A DNA stretch of 63,769 bases, filler included, from Folioceros fuciformis (lineage: Eukaryota), in assembly GCA_049999805.1 (NCBI GenBank). It is 5 parts of 5 records of this genome, joined end to end, with 100 filler letters (N's around TTAATTAATTAA, not from the genome) between each part and the next. Parts side by side here need not be neighbours in the genome. Positions count along the whole stretch, not along the records: positions 1 to 31,291 come from JBNGIO010006113.1; 4 more parts are not named here. One strand, 5' to 3'. The first letter of the stretch is position 1; every line of letters starts with the position of its first letter. Under the pieces are notes generated by a model that made no database searches, was not told the origin of the DNA, and saw nothing but the letters and a program-made list of their open reading frames with translations. Below are positions 14,271 to 26,010 of this stretch, in pieces. The translations under genes and the position numbers were made by a program.

Positions 14271-17200
14271 CTATGATCCACTATTTTTATAATTGGCCAA
14301 AGAGGAGAGGAATAGCTTTCCTGGATTGTTGGGTTCCCAATAAGGATAATTGCTTTGGAAGCTGGCAACACACAAAAAAATAGGCATCATCCTTACAATG
14401 AACAAACATGAGAAGGTTAGGAGTTGTTGTCATACCTTAAAAATGACTTTTCCATTTTCCCTTGGGAGCTTCGTTTGTCTTTTGTAGAATGGAATGGCGA
14501 TCCATATTTGCTATTACCATGACTTTCGAAGTCAAAGATACTTAAGCTATGAGCATGAAATAGAGAGCAAATTCAACATAGTCTCAATAAGGACAAAATA
14601 TGACTTGTCTAACTTCTCCAATGCCTTGCTTCTAATTGACAATGCATCCATAAGCGACAAGAACAACTAGCAAGAGAAATGACTAATGTTCCTCTTCAAC
14701 ACCAAGTGTACTTCTATTAAAAGAAGCTGACATGTGTAGAAATTATATGTACAGTAATGAATAAAAAATTAAAAATAAAAGACCATTGATTCACCCACAT
14801 CAAATATGACAAACACATTAGGGGGATGCTGAACAATCTGCCAGAGTGGAAGGTCTAATGCCAAAGAGGACTCAAATTACCAAACTTATAAAATTAGGTA
14901 AAGAATACAAGGAAAAAACATCCTCTATGCTGACCTGCAAACATGACCTATTCCTTCTACATGTGTGGTGAATTCTTGAACAAATAAAATTAAATCATCA
15001 ATGCACTGCCAATAAAAAATAATCAATCACTAAAAATTAGAGTTGGATTTCGTTTTGCTTGAATTTTTCATCACCATCAAAAGTTCTTAGAACGCTAGTC
15101 CACTAGAACACTTTGATCTCTTTTCTATCATGTGAAGAATTTAGATATCATGAAAATAATTTAATGTACCTTGGGAAGTAAAAACCATAAAATATAAGGA
15201 ATTACAAAAACAGCGGATATTTCTTCTATAAATGCCATGCCTTCCCACTGCACGTAGATTGATGAGCGTTAGTGTGAAATATGAAGCAAAGAGTGAATAT
15301 GGTCTTTGTTGCTTTATTTCTATTGAGAAGAGTTTTAATCAATGCAATCTTATTAAGCTAATTGCATAAGCTAATTAGATTGTGTTTGCTTACTAATAGT
15401 TCATTTTATTTATGACTACCTATCACTTTTGATTTGACAACATCCTTCTTTGTGCATCAAAGTTGCTACTTGAGAGTTGTTCAAGAAATTGCAAACCTGG
15501 AAAAAGGCATTAAACTCAGAACGAACTACATCCATATTCTCTACTCGAAACCAATGTTTTGGCATGTAATGCGTGTGTTGAGCAACTTTATAAATATCTT
15601 GTTGTGGAATAAATAGATTTTGAGCATCCTTAGGAATGAGAGATCTACTGAAAGCAAGAATCCCACCACAAAGAGCTGCATACCAAACCAACTCGTGTCC
15701 TAAGAACTACAGAGTTCAAAGCATATGATTAGTACATGTTTGATTTGCACTCTCCAACTACTATTTCCCTTTTTGGCTATCCTGAAATATACACCTAGTG
15801 AAGGATATAAACAAGTATTGTAAAGTTCACAAAGAATAAAGAGTAGCTTGCCAATGCTTGGAGAAGAGATTCATTGATCAAAGCAATCGCCAAAAACATG
15901 GCTCCAAATGCTCCTGCTATGAATGAGATGGACCTCGCAATTATTGGAATGATTGGAGAAGGAAACTGCTTTACATATTCCATAGCATGTTTGTAACTTG
16001 CATCCAATCTGCATTTGAACATATGGTCTACCTGTGTGTGCATATGATGATGTTTTGTTAGCTGTTTGTTAAATCAACAAATCTTAAATTAAATCGTACA
16101 AATTTCACCTCATTGAATTCTCGAAATGTCCACTTTGCCAAATTGGACCATTGGCGAGATCCTCCAATGCTGGGGTCGTGATAGAAATGTTCAGCATTGT
16201 GCAAGAAAAAATACACCAACACGAAAATAGTGTAAAATGGTGAAAGTATCAATATGAGAGCTCCAAGAACCATTAACCTCATCCGAGTTCGAGATGGATC
16301 ATTCATGAAATCCCTTCTTAACAAGCATTCTCTGCAAAGTTTCCCTTCCTAACTCAACCATCCCAAATTTGAGAGAATTTATCATTTGAATTCATTCAGA
16401 AGCTGGAAAGGGTTTTTCAGCTTGACTTGTAGAGGGGAATGTTCCAACTTGTAGAACAAATTTGTCATGGTTAATTTTGAACCAACTAACAGAGAAGGGC
16501 AAAAATGTATGACACACTTTTCATTTATTGAATAGTTTGGCATCATGAGATAACTAGCGTTGCTTAGAACAATTTGGGGAAGATCGTAAAATGTATGAGA
16601 CAAGTAATAGCCATGTTTCAGGATCCACAAGAGCTATGAAGGAAAGGAGTGTTGATCCCGCTACCAAGGAATAGCCAACGAATGCAAATCTAGTTACTAG
16701 GATGCACAACTTTGAGGTACCTGTCAAACATGTATTGTAATACACACCAATTTATGCTCCATTCTAGTGTTTTTGTCAGTATTAGACGTTTTTTTCTACC
16801 AAGATTATCTCGACCAACAAAGGGTCCTGCTCCAGGTAGCCATTGAGGAATAGGCAAGGCAATAACGCCCTTGTTTAACAAACCGATCAAGTAGTTTTCT
16901 GTCCTCATAATACAGGAAACAATGTCGTGGGCAGATAATTGTTGCATCACTCTCAGCCGTCCTTCATATTCAACCACTTTACTGAGCAGAGTAGGCCATG
17001 ACATGGTTTGGAGCTCTGTCTCCCCAACTCTTAGGCTACAGGGTGATCATTCATAAGAGACCACCATCAGTTGTATGTTTCTCAATTCATAAGGCCACAT
17101 ATAGTGCTCTCCCTTACAGTATGTAATATAACTTCCAAGACAAGTATTAGTGCACAAAATTATAGTGGGTACTTTAGGATCATATGGGGTTGGGGTTAGT

Positions 17201-17601
17201 TAGGATTGAACGTTTTCTCACCTTTGGTGTAAAAATTTGCGAATCTCCAGTATGTCGTGTAGTCGAGTGAAAAAATGCAAGAAATAAAAGACCCAATATG
17301 CAGCAAATATCGTCAAATAAATGATGACAACAACTTTGAAGGGACTCACATTTTCAAGAGGATGAGCATAGAAACATGAAGCACTAATGTTGCAAGGCTC
17401 CCCACCCGACCCACAACTAAGCACTCCTTTCCAATTCACAAACAACAATAAGAACCCAGAGAAAACAATTGTGAATCCTAAGGTGAAAAGCTCTGATATC
17501 CATTTAACGATGATGCAAAGGAGCCCTTTATCGCAGTAGTAGCGATACATAAGCTTGAAAAACCTATCTGAATGTGCCTCACCAGCCCATGTGGGATTCA
17601 T
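14271..17601 (-). CDS. ATG9: Autophagy-related protein 9 (lipid scramblase), 9 coding exons, ~552 aa
   Basis: Motifs DRFFKLMYRYYCDKGLLCII, HDIVSCIMRTENYLIGLLNKG, LTKTLEWSINWC, RQWSNLAKWTFREFNEVDH, HTHYMPKHW, VEGIGHVCS, GKMEKSFLSFQSNYPYWEP. Exons: 17601-17222, 17035-16721, 16331-16109, 16031-15852, 15706-15497, a 78-bp exon near 15200, a 71-bp exon near 14970, 14546-14436, 14361-14271. They sum to 1659 nt, in frame. Confidence 0.93.
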
Positions 17602-18328
17602 TGCTCTTTAATATTCATGCTCCAAGAGCTTCCAATGTTGATTAAGCATGTACTTCAGTACACAACTGAGATCTGACTTTGTTTATGTAACTATGTTTAA
17701 CATAGATCAAACATGAGAATGTATGACACATATTTGTGAAAGTGGTTTCAAATACTTGTTCTCTGGTCTCATAAGTTGTACTTGTAAGAAAGTAGGTACC
17801 ACTAAAGCATCACTCAAAACTAAACATCTTAGTTTAGTCTTCTGTCACTCATGACCTAAGCTTACCTCCATTTGATAAAAAAGGAAAAGGGAGAGAAAAA
17901 GAAAAAGAAAGCCTGTCCTCAATATACTAGCTTGTTCTTAGGTGCCTCTTATTTCCAGCTATGTCTCTGTCTATGTGAATGCTGATATATATGTATATAT
18001 ATATATAGGTAAGTGGTAAAGGTATATAGGAGGAATAATGATAATTTTAAAAACTGAAATACCTAGGTAATGTAGCGAGGTAGGGAGTGGCGGGGAGGAG
18101 TTTCCACTTTCACGGGGCGTGGCGGTTGGAGGTTAGGCTGCTGCCGGCTGCATAACCAGCCGGCCCACCTGACAAACCTGCGAGGTTAGCAGCCCCCGGC
18201 CCGCCATGTTGCTAGGATATCTGTAGGTTGTACGGGAGAAGCAGTTTGGTGCTTTGTCACCCCTGCTCCCTGGAGACCTGGCCTGGCTGTCTCGAAGGTT
18301 CAGTCCTGGTGTGTGTTTACATCTCATT

Positions 18329-18329
<1 letters not shown>

Positions 18330-18375
<46 letters not shown>
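18330..18375. repeat. (GCAGGA)n hexanucleotide microsatellite
   Basis: About 7 perfect copies; these produce the SRSR and AGAG ORF translations. Confidence 0.9.
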
Positions 18376-19110
18376 AGCTCATTCTCCTCCACCGCCACCA
18401 TCCTTTGCATGCGAGATCCCATGCTGCATAAGCCTGCAAGTCGCAGAACCTATGGATCTCTGAACTTCTACTTCAAACTTTGTGAACGAGAAGCTCACAG
18501 ATATCTTGCCCAGGCCTAGACCTGACCGCCGGCGCCATATTCCAATACCGGCACTGTACCCTAGCAAGGCTGTAGAACTAGAAGATGACAACCCTTCGAT
18601 TCACCTTGGACAAGCTCTGGGACGACCCAGTTTGGAACGACTTTGAGCAGCGCAACAAGCAACTCTTTGTGTCAGGTCTCCAAGACTAACTTGTACTGCC
18701 AGTGCTACTACTCGCTTTACATAATTGTGACACGCAACCTAGCTTGTGCATGCATTCCTGCCGGGCAGGAGTGGGCCACAAGCTAACTCATGGTTGGAAC
18801 ATCCTTTGCTTCCTCTGCCTGCAGGGAATTACAACCAAATGCTTGCCAGGAGCATTACCTAGCGCAGGGAAAAGCTGGTCAAGGAGGTAGGGCAGTTGGA
18901 GGTCAATCCCAATCTTATCAGATTAACCCTTTCTAGGATTTTGAAAGGGTGGGGTATCCATCGGAACAGGATGAAGCCGGAGCTTGAGACATGCACGAGC
19001 CCTAGTAGGTCTTAGCGGGAGCTTAGTCGGACACATGTAGGGCCGACAGGGGTGGGGTGCATCGTTCTGGATCTTTGGCACTGAGCTTACAAGTTTGAAG
19101 TTCAACAAAG

Positions 19111-20112
19111 ATGTGTAAGAACCTGAGCCCTCTGGAGCGTTCGCATGCCAGCCACCTTGCACCAGAGCCAAATGTCACCATAAACATGGGCTCCAGCACA
19201 TTGAAAGTCTCGTTTCCAGCCAAGAGCAAGGCTTGCATCGTGAAGGAGGCACTACAGCAGCAGCAGCAGCAGGGACTTAGACAGTGCCTGCAGGAATTGC
19301 ACTCCAACGGGCCCTTTTCCATCAAGATAGCACCGGGAAGTGCTACCCAGGCTAGTAACTCGAGCGGGCAGGACACGGGTTGGCACCCGCCAGAGTGTCG
19401 GGTTCACGGTGGGAGATCCGGAGATGGTTATGACAGATCCGGCACGCCGGAGGTGAGCAGGTGTTGCAGCACCCCGGGCCCGCAGCAGAAAACATTGCAT
19501 GTTCCTCCACAGGGCCTGGTCATCTCTCTCGCAAGCAATGACGGCCACCAACGGGCTGGGTCTGGGAACCAGGTGTTGGTGACCAGCGGCGCAGGCCAGG
19601 GTTGTGCACTCGCCTCCGTTAGTCCCACCCAGTTGATAATCAAAGGAGGGGAAGAGTGCAAGGTTGTAAACCGCGGAGGGTCGGACAACCAGCTCATAAT
19701 CCAGTCGGACGGCACGGCACCTAGCTTGGTGATATCTAGTGGTGGGAATGATGGGCATGGGTCAGGTTGCAAGGTTGCTTCTGGCAGCCGAGCCACTCAA
19801 TTGGTTATTGGTGGTGAATCTGGTTGCAGATCTGCACCATCGTCTCCGACTAAGGTGGTGATCGGGAGGCCACAAGGAACTGAGCTTGTGTTTTCAGGTG
19901 GTGCTGCCGATTCCGGCTGTGCACTTGCAAGAGGACAGCCGACTAGGGTTACCATTGAGACCCCATCTGCCGCCACTGGGTGCAAATTAGCCGGAAGTTG
20001 CAGATCAAAATCCACTCCCAGCGGCCACAGCAGGCCCACAACTCCCTCACGCCCGCATTCACACTGTGTTGCTAGAAATCAGCAGAGGTCCACCTCCGAA
20101 CTTACCTACTAA
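19111..20112 (+). CDS. Hypothetical 333-aa Gly/Ser/Cys-rich protein with internal GC-x-LA...PT-x-LVI-x-GG repeats
   Basis: ATG-initiated 1-kb ORF with a protein-level repeat that is degenerate at the DNA level. A possible upstream exon lies at 18585-18675 (MTTLRFTLDKLWDDPVWNDFEQRNKQLFVS). Confidence 0.55.
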   Translation: MCKNLSPLERSHASHLAPEPNVTINMGSSTLKVSFPAKSKACIVKEALQQQQQQGLRQCLQELHSNGPFSIKIAPGSATQASNSSGQDTGWHPPECRVHGGRSGDGYDRSGTPEVSRCCSTPGPQQKTLHVPPQGLVISLASNDGHQRAGSGNQVLVTSGAGQGCALASVSPTQLIIKGGEECKVVNRGGSDNQLIIQSDGTAPSLVISSGGNDGHGSGCKVASGSRATQLVIGGESGCRSAPSSPTKVVIGRPQGTELVFSGGAADSGCALARGQPTRVTIETPSAATGCKLAGSCRSKSTPSGHSRPTTPSRPHSHCVARNQQRSTSELTY

Positions 20113-21179
20113 TATTTCCTCTCCTCTCACCTCTAAACCTCTCTTGCTTCCAATGATGTGTAGGGGCCCAGCAGCTCTCGTCCCCACACTTAACACCCAT
20201 CTTTGTCCCCATGTCTGCAGATCCTACGACACTGGATGTGCAGCAACTACCAGTGGAGCCAACGGACTCAAGGTTTTCTCGTCAACACAGAATTTCGTGA
20301 CCAGCATTTACATTGCTTTCACCTCGGTCTGATGAGTTTCACCACACCATTTCTATTTCTGTTAGGCCAAGCCCACGGATGCATATTCTTGTCACAGGTA
20401 CACGTCGCGGGAAGGCCAGGAATGCAAGTGTCCGTAGGGTCGGGTGATGCAGGTAGGTGTCGTGCAAGCGCCGCAACCACCAGCTCAGACGTTTCTGGAT
20501 GTCTGGAATCGTTGTGTCCCAAGGCTGGTGGCCGCTGCCTCCAGAGCAGGTGAACGCGTTTTCTGAGCTGGAGTGTGTGTTGGTACTAGTTGAACAGGCC
20601 AGTCCCTCCATGTCAATCTGCTTGCAGCTGCAGCTCATCAGGTGACTTTCTGTCTCCTGCTGCGCAGACCCAAGATGGACATGCGCCACTACAAGCCAAC
20701 AATTTCATTCCTTATCGCTAGCAGGTTTGGATGCGCTACAAGTTTTTTTTGAACACGATGAGACTCCAGTCGTTTCGTGTGACAGTAACTAAGCAATTTC
20801 ATCCTGGAAATTCAGAATGACTCAACTTCTTAAGGAGATGAAGAGGAATGCCGAAATCCGGGCAAACACACATCCGTATTATCATTCCTGACAGGATGTC
20901 CCGCCCAGGTGTGTGCCCGGCATGAAGAGCATGCAACCAAGACCTCAAACTAGGAGAGCACAGCGTCAAGTCACAGCAACGACATGGAAGATGTATGTTG
21001 TTGGAAGATGCCAAGGAATGATTCTTGGCAAGTGACTTGACCATTTATCGACCCGGCGAAGATGCAGTCTGGGCCTCAGGAAGTTCCATGAGCCAAGCCT
21101 TATCCCTGTCACAGCCACATACATGACGTTTCTCTCCGATTGGGAGCCCAAATTTTTTTTCCAAAGCACATACATCCGG

Positions 21180-21232
21180 GGCAGGGCAGGGCAGGGCAGG
21201 GCAGTGCAGTGCAGTGCAGTGCAGTGCAGTGC
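21180..21232. repeat. Compound pentanucleotide microsatellite (GGGCA)n(GTGCA)n
   Basis: Read directly from the sequence. Confidence 0.85.
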
Positions 21233-21559
21233 AACGTGGAAGGGGAGCAGCTTGTTTTGTGAGAATCCTGGATTTAAAAAAGCGCGAAATCTCCAAAGCT
21301 ACTTAGCAGCATCTAAGAACTGATGTGGGAACAGAGCATGGCTTGAGACATACACACCTTGTCAGAACAACAATGCAGCGCACCAGCCTCGCACGCTTCC
21401 ATGACTCGGAACACATCGTTGCCATACTGCTACTCTGGCAGCTGCCAGGCACACTTGACAAGGTATCAGTGTCTTCTCGGATCATGCACTGCTCATACAT
21501 GTATACCCTGGTGGAACTTGCCTGCCTTGAACCATTCTGAGAAAGATCAACGTAGTTGT

Positions 21560-23569
21560 CTACAATCCCCCTTTGGCGTCTGCAACATGTTGTTTAAGCA
21601 TATTGGGCCTCGAGATCATCTTGGCCAGCTGTTTTAACAGATGATGCAACGGTTCACGTAGTGCGTGCCTGCAGTCTCCCGTCACGAAACTCTCACTTCC
21701 CAACTCATGCTCAATCCAGCTACGGCCAGGTTCCTTCCTGAAACGCTGTCCATCTTTCAACTTCTCGACCCTCTTTGCTTGATCCACAAGCCCAGCATCA
21801 GAATAGATGTGTAACAGGCTGAAGGTTGGTTTGGACGTAGACGCAGTGCACAATTAAAGGCAAACTCTGCCAGCTCTCCATTACTATGTTTTCGGCAGGA
21901 GCTTAAAACACACAACCAAATAGAAAGATCCAGCTCCATTGGAATTGTTGACAACAACCTTCCGATAACCGAGAACCATCCTGCACGACCCAAGAGGTCT
22001 ATCATGGTCCCATAGTGCTCAAGAGCAGGAGCCATAGCATACTCGCTGGTCATGGAGTGAAAAAACTCAAAGCCCTTTCCCACTGATCCAGCATGGCTGC
22101 AAGCAGAAAGGAGTGCAAGAAAGGTGACTTCATTTGGTTTCACTCCTGCCAGGCGCATTTCCTCGTAACAGGCCTGGGCTTCTTCACCAAGCCCATGCTG
22201 ACCATAGGCAGCAATCATGGCAGTCCAAGTCACAACGTTTTTCTCCGTCAAACTTTGAAAGGCACGGTGAGCATCATCCAAGCGCCCACATTTCGAGTAC
22301 ATATTCACCAACGTGCTGCCCAGAACTGCATCGGCGTCTACTCCTCTTTCTAGTATGTGGGAGTGAATTTTCTTGCCTACATGAAAAGCTCCGACACTGG
22401 CACATGCCCTCATCAGGCACACAAACGTCACGTGATCCGCTGCTGCTCCACGTCCATCCTGTTGCATGCTCTCATACAGACTGATGGCTTCCTGACCAAG
22501 CCCACCCTCAGCATATCCTGAGAGCAGGACATTCCAGGTGACTACATTCTTTGTGGCCATGCCATCAAACACACTGCGGGCATCACTTAAGTTCCCACAT
22601 TTAGCATGCATGTCCACCAGGCATCTTCCAACAAATACATCGGCTTCCAGTCCTTCTTCCCGAACTCGGGCATGAATCCGCTTTCCGGGATGTGATGCTC
22701 CAACATCAGCACATGCCTTCAGGAGGCAAATAAATGTGACACGATCAGCCCCAAGAACGCCCTCCTGCTCCATACAAGCATAGAGAGCCAAGGCTTCTTG
22801 ACCAAGGCCGTGCTGAGCGTATCCTGCAAGCATGGTGGTCCATATGACCACATCTTTGTCGCCAAGCTGTCAAACACCCTGCGGGCATCGTCTAGGCTGC
22901 CACATTTCCATACATGTCCACCAGGCAGCTGCCAAGATATGGATCAGGCTTGGTTCCGCTCATCAGAAAATCAGCATGAACATGCCGGGATGATGTTAAA
23001 TCTGCTGTGCGGATACAAGCCTTAAGGACTGCTACAAATGTGTGGTTGTTTGGCATCACCATGGACTGCCGCATCTTCCAATACAGCATTATGGCCTCCT
23101 TGGGCTGACCGCGTTCAGCATGAGCCAAGATAATGGACGTCCAAATGTATACATCTGGAAAAACCATTTCAGTGAAGACCTGCGAGGCTTCCTGCAATTT
23201 CCCATGAGAATCATACATGCAGATGATGTGGTTGGTCAGGAATCTGTTCGAGCCATACCCGCTTCTAAACACCAGATCATGAAGAGCTTTGCCAGCACAC
23301 GGGTCCCTCCTTGCCAAGGATCGCCTTAGGAGTTGGTAAAAGAGCGATATAGGGACATGGAATCCTTGATGCACCAAAACGTGCAACTGCGCATCCATCT
23401 GGATTTCGCTCCATCCTTGTGCTTGAATATCGGCTTGGTACTCCCTGCAAGGGTGAGTGCATTCAGAAGATGTACCTGGCAAAATGTTGACGAGAGCAGC
23501 GGAGAGGAGGCTTGAGAAGCTTAGACCTTGGACGCTCAAATCTTCGCTGGTGTGTTCCTCTACATGCAT
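21560..23569 (-). pseudogene. PLS-class pentatricopeptide repeat protein, E/E+ subgroup (no DYW), with three frameshifts (pseudogene or assembly indels)
   Basis: P-L-S motifs DVYIWTSIILAHA, PNNHTFVAVLKAC, LVDMHAKCGNLSDARSVFD, KNVVTWTAMIAAYGQHG, PNEVTFLALLSACSHAG, EHYGTMIDLLGRAG, and E/E+ motif KEPGRSWIE...FVTGD. The frame shifts at ~22905, ~22856 and ~21815. The 5' end is uncertain because upstream exons are possible. Confidence 0.85.
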
Positions 23570-24957
23570 GCAGCCGTTTGCAGTTTTGCGCTGGCCTGTG
23601 TACGGAACGAGTGATTAGACCCATACTGCATACCTTATCCAACTACCTGACAGAACAGTGGTGCCTAGAATGTGCCTCTGCAATGTGACGTTATGCAGAC
23701 TTGCCAACGACCCAGCGGTACCAATCATTTCCCTGATGGACAGCAATTCCAAGAAGGAGCTGAAGGGATTCCAGTTCTGATATGCCGTCTGGTTTATGCT
23801 GTCTTTCTATACTTGCCGCCTTGGCTGCTCGGAATCCAACCCATCACCGCGCACGCCGTCCAGGAAAGATGGTGCAAAACTGGGGGCAGAAGTGACAGCA
23901 AACAAGGGCGAACTGGACTCTCCTGTACATTTGTGGGACGGGAAATATCAACCTTGCCGGTATGGGCACTCTGTGAGGATGCACGCATTGGGACACACAT
24001 CCGCGAGCTCGATAAGATGGTTCAAGTGTTGTACATTCTCCTGGATGCAGGATGTTACGTCGAAGCTATCACCTGCTCAACGGGAGTATCGCACAGGCGA
24101 ATTTGGCTGTCGACAAACGGCTTCACCCCCTTCCGAGGAGGGAAGGGAGAAATGAAGCAAACACGTTCTCGGCCGACCACAGCGTCGGCATGTATGCTGC
24201 CAGTGGGATGCTGCATGAGGGCATATGTCTCTTCTCCAGAGTGAAGGCACCCCGGCACTTTCATCTGGCCCTCCATTCTTCTTACGTATGCTGAGAAAGG
24301 ACAAGCACAAGGAGAGCACGGCTAGGCTACGGTGTTTGGGCAGATGCTACAGAAGACTGTGCAGGCCACGGACTGTACTGTACGTTTTGTGACAGTCCTG
24401 AAAGCTTGTTCCAGTACTGGTGCGCTGCAATCAGGCATCTGGCATCAAGCAAGTAGGACCATGCTGAAGTCTGGTTGGGCACTTTAGCTGAAGCCACCAT
24501 CTTCGTTAGCGAATCAATTGGCTGGTCGATATGTATGCCAGTAAGAGAACAAATTATGGCAACCTTCAGGATGATCGCAGAGCTTATCGCATGCAAGAAT
24601 TGTGATGACGTGGAATACGTGCTTGGAGCATATGCTCATTGTGTGCTTGTAGAGCAGATATGGCTGTTCAGTAGCCTGGTCCTTGTTGGTGGCGGTGGTG
24701 GTCATAACTGCAAAATGCTGGAGCTTAGAGGAGGCTCGCTAAGTGAAAGATTACGGGATGTGGCGAAAGTTGTGATGGGACCGCGAGGATTGCGGAATAG
24801 GCCCCGCACCATTGGCTGGGTCAAGAAGCTCTTGCTCTATCTATAGTCACGCATGCACCACGAACGCTTGTGAGTCATGCCCGCAGACATTTGCATGCCC
24901 ATGGAACCGTTCACTTGTGCTAGCGTTGGAGTACTGGATGTAGGCAAGGCAAGGTCG

Positions 24958-25069
24958 GCATTTTCAGAGGATGTGGTTCTAGGGAATCGCATTTTCAGAT
25001 GATGTGGTTCTAGGGAATCGCATTTTCAGATGATGTGGTTCTAGGGAATCGCATTTTCAGATGATGTGG
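24958..25069. repeat. 31-bp tandem repeat, ~3.6 copies
   Basis: Unit gcattttcagatgatgtggttctagggaatc. Confidence 0.9.
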
Positions 25070-25569
25070 CTCTGTCCACATGTGTGGAAAGCATATACCG
25101 CCGAGAAATTGCTTGCCAAATTGACAAGAACAGATGTCGGGGACGTAGTCCTAGATGGAAATGATCTTAGGATATCCCGAAGATCTACCTTGCATGCAAA
25201 GTAGAAAAGGAGGAGAAAGACACTTTACTATTAAAAAAGAAGAAGGTGGAAACCCATCTTCCCAAGAAAGGAAAAGGAACCACCCCCGAAGGTGAAATGA
25301 AGGGTACCCAAACTGGGGTCTATTTTGCTTATAGTACATGCCTTTTGATGAAGGGCAGCCCGACAGAGCTCTATCTCCTTATGTGTGACGTCGGGCTCAA
25401 ATTCTTCAAATGATTACAAATCACTTGCAAAATTTGTGGCTTAAGGATCTTGAGGGGTATTGAAGGGCCTACCTACCAATCACTTCTAGAGCTTGTGGTT
25501 AGGGATGCGAAAGGGCACCTACCACGGGGACGAAGATGCCCCTTTCCCGCACTCACTGACATTATGTAC

Positions 25570-26010
25570 ACCCACCAAAATGCCCTCCCTTAATAGGGTG
25601 ATGGATATGCTTTGCTGAAAGAAAGAGAAAGGGGAAGACTAGTTCTAGTTTTTGGCCATTGACAAGCATTACAGTTTAGGGCTTCGCCATGGGGTGTACA
25701 CCACTTTGGTGGATGCCCTCCCTTAATAGGGCGATGGATATGCTTTGCTAAAAGAAAGAGAAAGGGAAAGACTAGTTCTAGTTTTGGTCTGACAAACATT
25801 ATAGTTTAGGGCTGCACCATGGAGAAGACTAGTTCTAGTTTTGGGCCATTGACAAGCATTACAATTTAGGGTTGCGCCATACATCTCATTGGCAAAGCGG
25901 ATGAAGCTAGGGGTTAGCCGTTGCACATCCCTCTACCACCTAGGGCTTAGCCGTTGCACATCCCTCTACCACCTAGGGCTTAGCCGTTGCACATCCCTCT
26001 ACCACCTACC
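25570..26010. repeat. Local duplications plus 33-bp tandem repeat x3
   Basis: tgccctcc.ttaataggg.gatggatat...gaagactagttctagtttt is duplicated. Unit tagggcttagccgttgcacatccctctaccacc occurs three times at 25909-26008. Confidence 0.8.

Noticed and set aside
18228-18463. SR-protein-like RSRSRS ORF
   Set aside because: Explained by the (GCAGGA)n microsatellite; no RRM.
24958-26010. 31- and 33-bp repeats (and the 32- and 36-bp arrays elsewhere) as CRISPR arrays
   Set aside because: Head-to-tail units with no unique spacers, a eukaryotic context and no cas genes.
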